64,000 nt of DNA. Origin: Oculina patagonica. Its lineage: Eukaryota. Below are positions 49,611-61,619 of the stretch, piece after piece. The notes under the pieces were generated by a model. The model ran no database searches and had not been told where the DNA came from. It saw nothing but the letters and a program-made list of their open reading frames with translations. Made by a program: the position numbers and the translations under genes. Within the stretch, counting starts at the first letter, position 1; each line of letters begins with the position of its first letter. The stretch covers positions 8,928,001 to 8,992,000 of the forward strand of contig NC_135762.1 in NCBI RefSeq assembly GCF_052425735.1. Direction: 5' to 3'.

Positions 49611-51228
49611 CAATCATTTAGTTATTTGAAAAGGCGGAAAATATGAAAGATTTAATTTTTTCCTGCGCTTCCCCCAGTTTAGTATTGTTAGTCAGCTGCA
49701 ATAAATTGTCCGTCTATAATTAACGAATGGACTAATTAAAAAAAGCTTTTTAACATATCCAAGCCGCGACTGTGTAAATTTGAGACAATAAATATTCGCG
49801 GATCTGTTTTATTTACGACAGCAGCGACTAAAAATATATTCACTTTCTAAAGCGAAATAGCAAAATATAACCTCCTGGCAGTGGCTAAGAGTCTTTACGG
49901 TCTTTTCGCAAAAATGTTCTTGGAGCAAAGAATCCTCAATAGTGTACCCTGGACTATCCTTAGCATGTTACCCTCACTTCTCGACCCTCGACAAAAATAC
50001 GACTCAACTCAGTCACAGAGTGAGAGAAAAAAGAAAACAAGAAAAAATGTTGAACTTGTAAGTAATAAAGATGGTAAATTTCAAGCTCGGTGATAAACAG
50101 TGAAGAAATTATTCAACATGACACGAGCGTGGGACAAAGAAAAAATCTGACGGGAATCGAACCCATAGCCTCCCAGATACCGGTGGATAAAAATAGGACG
50201 ACAGCCGGGTTTGTTTTAGAGATCTGTGTACCACTTTTTATAGCTTGCTCTTCATCTTTAGCACCAGAGTAACGGTATACGTTTAAACATGAAGTTAAAG
50301 GGTCATTGTACTTTCAGCAGCGCAGCTAACATGCAACGATTCACTAAAACTTTAATCTCGACTTTCTGCCTTTCTGAAAACAAGATCCAATGATGCAATT
50401 GTGGAGGATAAAATTATTCATGAAAAGTCATTGAATTTGACACAGCATGTTTATGGCACAACCTCCCTCCACGAGCATGATAACTTGCTTAAATATTCAT
50501 CTTAGAACAATAGAAGGACCTCTCGTGAGCATTCAATGGATAATTTTGAAAATAGATATATCTACCTTTAACTATTGTGATACATGTATCAAATAAAAGT
50601 GACAAAAGCTAATAGAAATTCTGTGTTGCTCTCTTACTTTGCTTAAGACATATTACTTAAAAGTATTGTTTTTTCGCAGTATAATTACAACTTTCTTGAA
50701 GATATATTGCACGTAATTTAACAGTGAGAAAAGAAGAAACGAATGGTCGTGCACCTATATTGAACATTGGTGAGCTTAAACAAAAAGGTTATAGCTATTA
50801 CTTATTCAATCAAAACAGAAGCATGGCCAGTTGATGACACCCTGTTCTCAAATTGTACACACCTTTCAAAGCAAAGTGGTTTTCTTTTAGCGAAATGAGG
50901 TATCTGGGAGGCCATGGGTTCCATTCCCGTCGGGGAGTCAGATTTTTTCTTTGTCCCACGCTCGTGTCATGTAGAATAATATTCTTCACGAGAATATTGA
51001 TTAAAGTTTTCTACAAAATATCAATAATACAATAACGCCTGTTTTAAATGGCTTTTAGCGTCATACCGCAGGTGTTTAAACAGTTTCATAAGTAAACGAT
51101 CACACTAATTTCGCTTTTGAGTAGAAGGATTTACGGGCGATTCCGAAAAAAAAGCCTTTGCAAATTTAAATTCCGGTCCTCCAGTATTGGTGCCAGACTA
51201 GACTTTCCTTCAATTCTTTGTAGCAGCA

Positions 51229-51529
51229 ATGGAATACACACAAGACACAAGGAGTCTGCCGGCTGTAATCATACACACCGTTATTCTTGCTGTTACGACA
51301 GTTTTGTCACTCACAGGAAACTCGCTCGTATGCCTCGCTTTCTATAGAAACAGGAGATTACGAACTATAACCAATTTCTACGTGTTGTCTCTGGCAGTAG
51401 CTGATATGATGGTGGGCATATTTCAATTTCCTTTTAATGCAGTCGCTTCAGGGCTGCGCAGATGGCCATTTAGTTTCAACTACTGCCAATTCACTGCTTC
51501 CTTGTGGTTTTCTGGGGGCAAGTATCAAC
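51229..51529 (+). pseudogene. Truncated B-like GPCR (TM1-TM3)
   Basis: MEYTQDTR...NYCQFT, a 1-nt deletion, then WGQVST-coding sequence fused at AACT to the RTE flank that lies 3' of A2 (about 30810). Confidence 0.9.
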
Positions 51530-52666
51530 TCGCCAAGCAGGATGACCAGCTGAAGAGATAGGGAGAATATTTTAGAGAATTGCTGAACTGGACACCACCA
51601 TCAGATTCTATAGCCATCCCAAAAGCCAAGTACAAGTTGAGAACCTTGAAGCTAACAAAAAGGTCAACTGATTTTAGCTATAGGACATCCTAAGGACATA
51701 ACAGCAGCACCAATTTGTTTTTAAAATTAAAAAAAGAACATCGTTAAGAACGTTTACGGGCTCAAATCGTCGAAACATTAAGAAAGTTCAGCCTCAGCCA
51801 GAAATAAGACGCTTTTACAAAAAAACAAGTGGTCTTCATGTTTTAGATCTTGCTCAGATGTGTTTCGCTCGTCCATTTGTTTTAGAAACATAGAATAGAA
51901 GAGGAAATTAAAGACGTCTCAAATTTGCATAATGGTGAACAAGTAATACCACATCTTGACAATATCCCAATAAACCATTGCAAAAACCAATCAGCAGCAC
52001 ACACAGTCACCATTTTTTTAAGTTTTCCGTCAGAAGCCAGTGTCAAAACTTTTGTACATACAGTTTCCCTTTGTTTAGAGTTTTTAATTAATGCCCTGTC
52101 ACATTGCTCTTCACTTTCAGTAGCAGCATAACGGCGCACGTTTTTTGACACGAATTTAAGTGTTACTGAACTTTTGGCAACGCAGTTCGAATTATCATAA
52201 TTTTAATCTCGACTTTCTTCCTTTTTGAAAAAAAAAATCCAATGCTGCATTCGTGGATGATTCATGAAAAGTCATTGAATTCGACACAGCATGCTGATGA
52301 CACAACCTCCCTCCGGGACCATGATAACTTGTGTCAATATTCCTCTTCGAACAACAGAAGGACCTCTCGTGAGCATTCAATGGGTAATTAAAAAAAGTGA
52401 TATCAGTTTGTTTTGCCATGCTAGGTGGCTTTTAATGCATATTACTAAAAGGTATTGTCTCCTCAGAGTATAATTGATAATTGTGCTTTTCTGGAAGAAT
52501 CATTCAGTTGTTGCAAAATCGTACTGTTACCAAAACGCATAGTACCTTAGTCGCTTTACCGGCTATACATAGACCGAGCAAGTTCGTCAAATTTAAAATC
52601 GTTGTACTTCGCGTACCAAATCAGAATCTCCAAAGTCTTGTTTGTAGACCTTAATTTGTACCAGCA

Positions 52667-53584
52667 ATGGAAGATACAAGAAGTCTGCCGGCAGTCATCA
52701 TACACACTGTAATTCTTGCAGCTACGACAGTTTTGTCAGTCACAGGTAACTCGCTTGTTTGTCTGGCTTTCTACCGAAAAAGGAGACTACGCACAATTAC
52801 CAATTTCTACGTGTTGTCTCTGGCAGTGTCTGATATAATGGTGGCAACGTTTGTGTTTCCTTTTCACACAGTCGCTTCTGGGATGCGCAGATGGCCATTC
52901 AGTGACAGGTTTTGTCAATTCACTGGTTTTCTTTTATTTCAGTGGACTATGGTTTCACTTTGGACACTGGCACTCACATCGGTCAACCGATATTTTTGCG
53001 TTGTAAAGCCGCAGCGATACTCTCTCTACTTCACTAAAAAGAAAACGTTTCTATCGATTCTCTTAGTGTGGATTTTTCAGTTTCTCGTTTGTGTAACTTA
53101 TCATTCTATAACGCATCCTATTTACCGCTGGAATCCAAACAGGTTATTTTGCAAATACAATTATCAAGATCAGGGTAATGAGAACGTTGGTAACATCGGC
53201 TTTACATGTTTCCTTTTTCTAACAATGTTAGTATTACTGCTTGGTTACGGCAGGGTCTATCACGTTGTCAGACAACACAACAGAGTCATCGTTCCTTCTC
53301 TACAAAATGCTGCAAACAGCCAAGGATCAATACGTGCACAAGAGATAAATACGTGTCGTGTACTTTTTGCTGCTGTCTTTGGATTTTGCATCTCCTGGAT
53401 TCCTACTGCCGCAGTACTATTTTGCGAATCTGCTTTCGCAATATCTATTCCTACCGTTGCAGAGTCGATTCCTGCGTTGTTTTCTTCTATTTCTGGGTGG
53501 ATAAACCCAATAATTTATGGTGTCATGAACCGAGCCATGCGGAGGGAGTTTCAAAACATATTACTTTGCCGAAATGGAGGATAG
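52667..53584 (+). CDS. Class A GPCR subtype A (A4)
   Basis: 7TM; NRY, SWIP, NPIIY. Confidence 0.95.
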   Translation: MEDTRSLPAVIIHTVILAATTVLSVTGNSLVCLAFYRKRRLRTITNFYVLSLAVSDIMVATFVFPFHTVASGMRRWPFSDRFCQFTGFLLFQWTMVSLWTLALTSVNRYFCVVKPQRYSLYFTKKKTFLSILLVWIFQFLVCVTYHSITHPIYRWNPNRLFCKYNYQDQGNENVGNIGFTCFLFLTMLVLLLGYGRVYHVVRQHNRVIVPSLQNAANSQGSIRAQEINTCRVLFAAVFGFCISWIPTAAVLFCESAFAISIPTVAESIPALFSSISGWINPIIYGVMNRAMRREFQNILLCRNGG

Positions 53585-56214
53585 AGCAAAAACAAATTTT
53601 CAATATTCCGTTTCTTAGCACGTTTAGTTTGAGTTTAAGCTTAATGGATTCGCCAGCAATGTACAACATATTGTAACAACACAACTACTGCCTCCGTGTA
53701 AACAACTTATCAAACAAAAATTTGGAAGGGAAAAGGAGCAGAACTTTCGTTCCACTTGACATGGAACTACCACAATATAACTGAAAAACTACGAAGTTAT
53801 GTACGCAAATTTAATTGCTAATTACTTATTGCGGGAACTATATTGATCAGAGAAATGCATTAGTGGACTGCATGAGTACATGTACAAGAAATAAACTCAA
53901 CCAATCGACTTATCTATGAAACGTGAGTCGAAATACTGAATACGTATCACTTATGACACCTCTATGCCAATCAAAGGGCTGTACGAGCCATCTCCTGAAT
54001 GAAAAGAATATTGTAATTGTCAGAAGTAAATTTATCAGTAAGACACACTTGATACGAGTTTGCGTTCAGCACAACATTATGTTTCTTTTTAGAATTTATA
54101 TTTCACTTTTATTGGCTACTAGCTCTCAAAGGGCAAAATGGGAAACAAATCTAACTGAAAATGTATGAAACGCTTTGATTTTTTTTTCTGCTGATGTTGC
54201 TCTGCAGAATCATTTCAATGGTGTTTTGTCCAAACCTATCTGCACGTAGACCGTCACAGTGTTAGTTTCATCGAAAATACTGAAAGGTCACTAATAAAGT
54301 AAGGAAAAATGTCGTCAGTCCACGAAGTGCCCATGTGTGGAACAGTCACGTTGTTTTATTTGCCTGGTTAAACCAATAAAAAAACTCTCCTAGTTGCCAC
54401 TAATTCACAATTTTATTCATCAAATAACTTTTGAACCATTTATAGCTGTATTTTAACCAAAAGTGCAGTAAGTCATCCTTTTTTTCTTTATACTGCTTGT
54501 CGATTTAAGATACTGCTTGTGTTTGATCGACGAAAATCAAAATTTATCTCCATTCTGCGCAGCTACCAAAGAACTGTCCTCGAAGTGGCCGGAGATTTCA
54601 GCCTTTTCTGGCGCAAACTATTGCGGTTCGATTGTCTTTTCCTCTTTACGCCCGTATGCCATTTCCGAGTTACCTTTTGCATCTGTTTCAAAACGAGTCG
54701 TCGTGCGAAACAATTCATGTGCAAATGTCAGTGTTTCAACTTCACGTCCATTTTCATGTAAATCAAAGTCATTTTCATTTGAATGGTTTCGCAAAGAAGA
54801 CTCGTTTAAAAATCAGGCAAAGGTTAGCTCGGAAATAGCCTATTTCGATTCCATTAAAAAAGTTCTCTCATTTTCTATTATTTTGGTAATTTGGTATATC
54901 ACCCACCATCTTGGACGCACGCTGCATCTTGGAGAACAGCCACCGGTTTTCTATCCATAGACACCTCGTTCAAGCTCGCAGTCTCAGGCTAATTATACAT
55001 ATTATCTTCAGTACAAAAATCAATTTGTTGGGGGCATAGTGCTACCCTTTCTTTACAGCTTGTAATTTCCGAACACCTTGCCCTTTTTGTTTGCACCCGA
55101 GCATACAATAGTGGTATTCGCCTCATATAATTATATAAATGAAGTTTTTACTGACAAATTGTCAGCTACATTGATTTATTATTATTATCGTTATTGGCAA
55201 AAATTGATCACGTGCCCCAGTATGCATACCGAAGAATGTGGATTTCACTCCAAGGGACGGATTGGACATATGTGTCGACAAAATACAATTTTGCGAACTG
55301 AGATCACGACAAAACAACAGATAGACTTAAAGCGGTTCAATCTAATGCAAAATTCCAACTTCAAGCATGGCGCCACACTGTTTAAATTCGTGTCCTTTTT
55401 CAATTTGAGGCATACCGCTACGAAAATTTAGTGGTGAACAATGAAGACAATAGACTGTTTACGTCTCGGATCTGTGCATAGTTGCCCTTAGAAATCATGA
55501 TTTTAAAAAAATAGCATTCATGTCCTTGAACTTCGTTCTCGGACTAATATATGTTTTCTCAGAAAACATATATATAATTTTGCTTTCTGAGCTGGTAGAA
55601 AATAAAATAGTCAGCCAACAGCCTTCGACAGAAATTCTGTACTGTATTGTTGTCGGTAATAAGCTTTCTGCCGTTGAAACTATTAAAAAAAACAAACTAA
55701 GTCTTCCTAAGGAACATATATATATGCCTCAAAAGTCGACCTTCCTCCGAGAGCATGTCAAACGCGGACTTATAATCGCGCTGGGTAAAAATATTAATTT
55801 CACAATGGGAATAGAAGGAAACGAGCGGTCATGCACCTCCTATGAGCATTGGTAAGCTTAAACAAAAGGCTTTAACTGTTAACGAATACAATTGAGAAAG
55901 AACACACCTTATTTTCACATTGCATACAGCTTTCAAGGCATAGTGTTTTTCTTTAAGCGAAATGACAAAGAAGATTATTTCCGTTGTGACAGTAATTATA
56001 GTTTTCTAGAAGATACATTAACGCTTGTTTTAATGGGTTTCTGGCGGGATACGGCAGGTGTTCCAAAAAGTCATATGTATAAATGATCACACTCATTTCG
56101 CGTTTGAGTAGAAAGAACGTACGGCTGCCGTGAATCCAAAATAACTCTTCACAGATTTAAATTCGTTCTCCTTTTTTGGTGTCATTTGTATAAAACTATT
56201 TTTTGGTAGCAGCA

Positions 56215-57135
56215 ATGGATTATACACAAGACACAAGAAGCCTGCCGGCAGTCGTCATGCACACAGTTATTCTTGCTGTTACGGCACTTTTGTCAGTTAT
56301 AGGAAACTCGCTCGTATGTCTCGCTTTCTACAGAAACAGACGATTACGAACTGTAACCAATCTTTACGTGTTGTCTTTGGCAGTAGCTGATATGATGGTG
56401 GCTATGTTTTTATTTCCGTTTGGTGCCGTCGCTTCTGGGTTGCGCAGATGGCCATTTAGTTTCAACTTCTGCCAATTCACTGGCTTCCTTGCAGTTTACT
56501 GGGGGCAAGTATCAACTTGGACCCTGGCACTCACTGCGATTAATCGCTATTTCTGCGTCGTAAAGCCACTGAGGTATTCCGTGTTCTTCACCAGAAAGAA
56601 AACGATATTATCCATTGTTGTCATGTGGATTTATTTACTTGTCCAGTCACTGAGTCTTTATGCAGTTCCAGTTATATATCGGTGGATCCCTGATAACGTA
56701 TACTGCAGGCCAACGTTCCTCGATGAACAAGTGGAGAAGATATTTTTTGTCTTCTTTGGATGTTTCTTTATCGTTCCCATGTCGTTGGTATTACTGGGTT
56801 ACAGCAAAGTTTATTGGGTTGTCAAGCAACACAACACCGCAATTTTCCCCTCTCTACAAGGAGCAAACGGCCAAGAAGGAACGATCAGTGCTCAAGAGAT
56901 AAAGACGTCACGAGTACTTTTTGCAACTGTATTTGGATATTGTGTCTGCTGGATTCCTTTTATCGTTATATTAATTTTAGAATTTGGGATACAGGTATAT
57001 ATTCCTTCCTATGCAAAGTCGATTTACCCGTTATTCGCTGCTATCTCTTCGTGGATTAATCCAATGATTTACGGATTTATGAATCGATCCATGCGTAGAG
57101 AATTTCGAAACACACTATTCTGCAGAAAAGATTAA
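56215..57135 (+). CDS. Class A GPCR subtype B (B3)
   Basis: Near-identical protein to B1/B2; ATG at 56215. Confidence 0.95.
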   Translation: MDYTQDTRSLPAVVMHTVILAVTALLSVIGNSLVCLAFYRNRRLRTVTNLYVLSLAVADMMVAMFLFPFGAVASGLRRWPFSFNFCQFTGFLAVYWGQVSTWTLALTAINRYFCVVKPLRYSVFFTRKKTILSIVVMWIYLLVQSLSLYAVPVIYRWIPDNVYCRPTFLDEQVEKIFFVFFGCFFIVPMSLVLLGYSKVYWVVKQHNTAIFPSLQGANGQEGTISAQEIKTSRVLFATVFGYCVCWIPFIVILILEFGIQVYIPSYAKSIYPLFAAISSWINPMIYGFMNRSMRREFRNTLFCRKD

Positions 57136-57502
57136 TCACATACTCATTCATATCGTTTATTTAAACACGATAAGGGTTTTAAGCACAATGCGTGTCACAA
57201 TGCTTGTGGGGTCGTGTACCGTACAGCGTGTGCTAGAATACCAAACGGTCTGAATCTCGCACATTATTATTGACAAGCCGTTTGATCTTTCTGCGTTTGT
57301 ATTTATTATGCAAAACCCAGAAAACAGGCCTTAAATGATATGAAAGCATTATTTAGTGCCTGCAGCAGGCTCTTATGTCTTTCATACACAAACATACACA
57401 ATATATAATAATTTCTGCACGTTTTCTATTTGGTTAAGAACAGCAAAGTTCGCGAAAGGTGGATTGTAAGTGGCACGTTTGAAATTGAGAGTGAAAACTA
57501 GT

Positions 57503-57613
57503 TCCTCGCGAAGCGAGGCCGAAGACCGAGCGTAGCGGGGTGTATAATTTTGTTCCTCAAAGGGCTCAGGTGGGATGAAATCTCGTGTGGAGTTTACGGT
57601 CATATATATATAT

Positions 57614-57656
<43 letters not shown>

Positions 57657-58221
57657 TTTGTGAGCTTGGTGTGTGGCGGAAATGACGTCACACGGCCGCC
57701 GCGCGCTGGTGGCCTAATGGTATAAGGCGTCGGACTTGAAATCAGATCTTCGGGACTAAGGCCGGGGGTTCGAATCCGGCTAGGATCCTGAGCTTTTCAT
57801 TTTTATCGTTTTTCTTTTCGGATTAAAATAACACTGATTTCCACATGATACTCCCTCGACGCCTATAATAATTCAGGCTATAAACCTTCGGGCGGGCGGA
57901 GGGTTCGAATCCTCCTGCCGTTCGTTCTTCTTCTTTTTTTTAATGCCCTCAAATAAATGTCCAAAATGCGACTATCCAATAATTTGTCGATGATTTTGAA
58001 AATAGCCTGCGCTTCCCAACGCTTTATACCTCTTTACGAACCAGAAAGAGCTGCCATCTTCAAAGCGGAGTAGACCCTGGGAACGAGGGTGTCGCGGGCA
58101 TGCCCGTTACTAGGCAACAATAACAAATCACCGGTTAAAACCGGTTATCACTCATTATTTACAACACCCCCACCCCCCCCAAAAAACCCAGAGCTTCGCG
58201 AGGCCCTGCGAGTCACGTATT
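57503..58221 (+). mobile_element. HINE/DINE-1-like element containing (TATT)n and a tRNA-like segment, only in unit copy 3
   Basis: Absent at about 18525 and 36946. 11-bp sub-terminal inverted repeat CCTCGCGAAGC (57504) / GCTTCGCGAGG (58193), microsatellite 57602-57659, A/B boxes at about 57710-57778. Confidence 0.65.
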
Positions 58222-61200
58222 ATAGGCAGGTGGTAACAGTCAACATTTCAGAGTAATGGATGCTTTAAGCTAACAATAATTTGCACCTAGCCTCGACAAC
58301 TTACTTTATATCTTTTAGAAAAAAAGCCAATGTGTACATTACAGTAGGTATCTACTTCAAATTTACCTCGACTTTCAAATTGAATCACCGAAACTTCTGA
58401 TTTAGCTTTAGTTTTGGCGTTTTGTGCAGATTCCAAGTTTCTTCAAGCAGTCACGAAAACTTGTGGGACTGGAATCGTACCACACTAAAAATAATGATAA
58501 AATGGATTCAGCCACAGATTTTTCCAAAGAGTGGGAAGATCTGNNNNNNNNNNNNNNNNNNNNNNNNNNNNNNNNNNNNNNNNNNNNNNNNNNNNNNNNN
58601 NNNNNNNNNNNNNNNNNNNNNNNNNNNNNNNNNNNNNNNNNNNNNNNNNNNNNNNNNNNNNNNNNNNNNNNNNNNNNNNNNNNNNNNATGGGTACTGTAT
58701 GCCTTTTTCAGCCTCAAGGCTACGAGATCATTCCTCTTCAGATTATTATTGATCAAAAGCAAAACCCCAATATAGTAACATTATCAGTATCGACAGTTCG
58801 GCCTTCCTTCTGAAATTATTGTGTTAAGATTTTATTCTGTTAAGATTTTATGAGCTCCGTAGAATATTCTTTGAAAAGGTGATAACAATTTGACTTCGGA
58901 ACTCCCTTCTAATAAGTTTATTTACCACAATACAAGTAGGTAGGTTTCTACCGTCTCTCTGGCGCGTCTTCCTAAAATAATTGGTGCCTTCTGTTGTTTA
59001 AACTAAAGTCTCGTCTACTCTACATAGATATCAATTTAATAACATATTTGCAAATTGAAAGATTTTTAACAAAAAGCCCTTTTTAATAAAAAGTCCTTTA
59101 GTTTTTTTAATAATTTTACTGCAACCAACGAAGAAAAGAAACAGCTACTCACAATGTTATAACTTACAACAAGTCACATAGATACTCTTCACCAAAAATA
59201 AAACAGTTTTGTCGCTAATTGTCGTGTGGATATTTTAATTTGGGAAAATAATTTACAACCTGGTATGTTTTTCCATCGTATCCTTATACTTTGCCTGCCT
59301 ACTTGCTTGGTTGCCAACTCGTTTACAAATATACATGCAAAGGCATTTGGTCACACTCAAATGGTATTTTCATGTACTATACTCTATACCCGCGGCCTTT
59401 TAAGTCACTAAGATCTAATGAGCACGTTTGGGATGATACGCGCGAGGAGGCAAAGCTTCGAAAACAATTTGAAGAGTAAAGCGAGCAGCTTGGAGGCGCT
59501 CACTGAATCGTTCTCGCGAAGAAGCTGCCTGAGCATGCTAGCTCCCAAACCTGAGCCAGTTCACATGGTAGGGAAAACTGGCCTGTTAAAACCCTGTTAC
59601 AGAGAAAAGGGCGAAAACAACGCTATGTCAATGAGCGCCGGGGTAAAAAGGTTTGCATTCGACAATCTGTTTGCGGGTTGAGCGACAAATATTTGTTATA
59701 CAGGCATGGGATGATAGAGGGGAAAGCCTTTCTGCAGACTTTTCATCAAAGGTATGCCAAGCTGTTTCGTAGCCATTTTAAAAAAAATATTTTATGTCAG
59801 TTGCACAAAGACAAAGAGTTTTTCACAAGCGGTAGCGTAACTCCTCATTTCCGTTTTCCAAGTAGATAAAAATGACGTACAGTCAACTTCGGGTATATTT
59901 CGTGTCCTCAATAGCAAGAGCCTGTAAAATTATGAGTTGTCTTCTGTTACTGTTCTTATCAAATTTTACTGGAACTTCGACGACGAGTGTATGTACGTAA
60001 TAGCGAGCTATGCACGCACAAAGCAAAAGGTGACTATTCATGGACTTTTTATTTTTCTTTGGCTTTTATCTTTTTTCCTTAACTGAAGTCTCTTCCTAGG
60101 ATTTCAACATCAACACATCTTAAATGTTCTCACAGAACACCAACTATAAAGCAAAAACTAAAAGACACCTTGGTTATGACCAGTTGCAAAAGTTACTCGA
60201 CCACATTTTTCCACGGTCGTTATGTCCGCTGGCATAGAAGGCAGCAACGAAGGACTTCCACTCCTGTCTGTTCTGTGCCACCTTCTGGATGGTACACCAG
60301 TTGTGGTTTAGGGACCTCCTCGCTCCGCCTACTGTCCGGCGTCAGGTGTTCTTCGGTCTGTCTCTCTTTCGCTTGCCTTCTGGTGTCCAGTGTAGGGCTG
60401 TGCGGGTGATGTTGCCAGGTTCCTTTCTGAACACTTACCCTATCCACCACCAGCTCCTTATCATGATGGTGGTGTCCATGCTGTCTTGGTGGCAACAAGC
60501 ACGCAGTTGACCCGTCCGGCATGCGTGGCCCTACCAGGAGCTAAGCTCCCGCCCCTTAGCTCTCCGGATCACTGAGGCACGCAAGCCCCTTGACCACGGC
60601 AAGACTGTGATCCTCAGGAATGGGAAAACCCTCGTTGTCATGTTAAAAAATTAATCAGCCACACTTTTCCTTGGTCTGCATTCTTAAAGACCATGGAAAT
60701 GACTCCATAAAATGTCCAAAGCTTTGTTGTAAAATCAGTCGCTTTTCCCGTAGTTCCACTTAAATTTTGGACATTTTATTACGCCATTTATATGGTCAGT
60801 AAGAATGTTTACCATAAAAAAATGTAGTCGATTTTTTTACAATAATGCTGAAAGTGTTCGTGAGTTTGCGAGTCGCCCGCGCGTGTGGAACTGAAATTAA
60901 CTATATAAATTAAATACTTTTTTGCAAGATTCAATTGCTTTATACTTTTTTCAGTCACTTAATTGTCCCACTCTGGGACTCCAGCTTTAGGCTGCCTCAC
61001 TGGACAATTCTCCAGTACAATAACTATTTATGCATCTGGGTTTAAAGATAAGCTTTGGGAATAAAGAGCGTTACACAGAAAAAACATCAACGATCAACTC
61101 CGGCCGCAAAGCACTACCAAGCGCAAATAAGAAAGACATACCTTATATATTGATTCAGGGTACTAAAATGCACGTTACATTAAAGCTTATATATACTAAG

Positions 61201-61619
61201 AATGAACTGCACTGTCGCTACAAATGGACTAGGTAATTAATTATAACCAAAACAACCTGCTTGCCTCAAACTCCCGTCTTCCTTCGGTCTTCCTGTCATT
61301 AAAGTTTTCCATGGCTCCCCTTAGTTTTTTTTGGCAGAAAAACTTGTCTACGGGCTCTTAAAACAAAGTTTTGGTTTTAATGGGTTCCACTTATGGAACA
61401 ATCCGCCCCAAGAATTGAGAAATGCTGGCTCTAAAGGAAAGTTTTAATATACGAAACATTAACCACATCTTTGACATATCTCAAATAATGCATGTTTTTT
61501 GTGTTTTTATGACAGCATAATACATGCGTTTGCTTCCTTATTTGTTCATCGTTCAACTTACAAAAGAAAGCTTGAAACTGTTGGATTTATATAGCTGCAA
61601 AGACTGGAAGGTTTACATT

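Noticed and set aside
57703-57790. Functional tRNA gene
   Set aside because: The acceptor stem does not pair convincingly and it lies inside a copy-specific mobile insertion.
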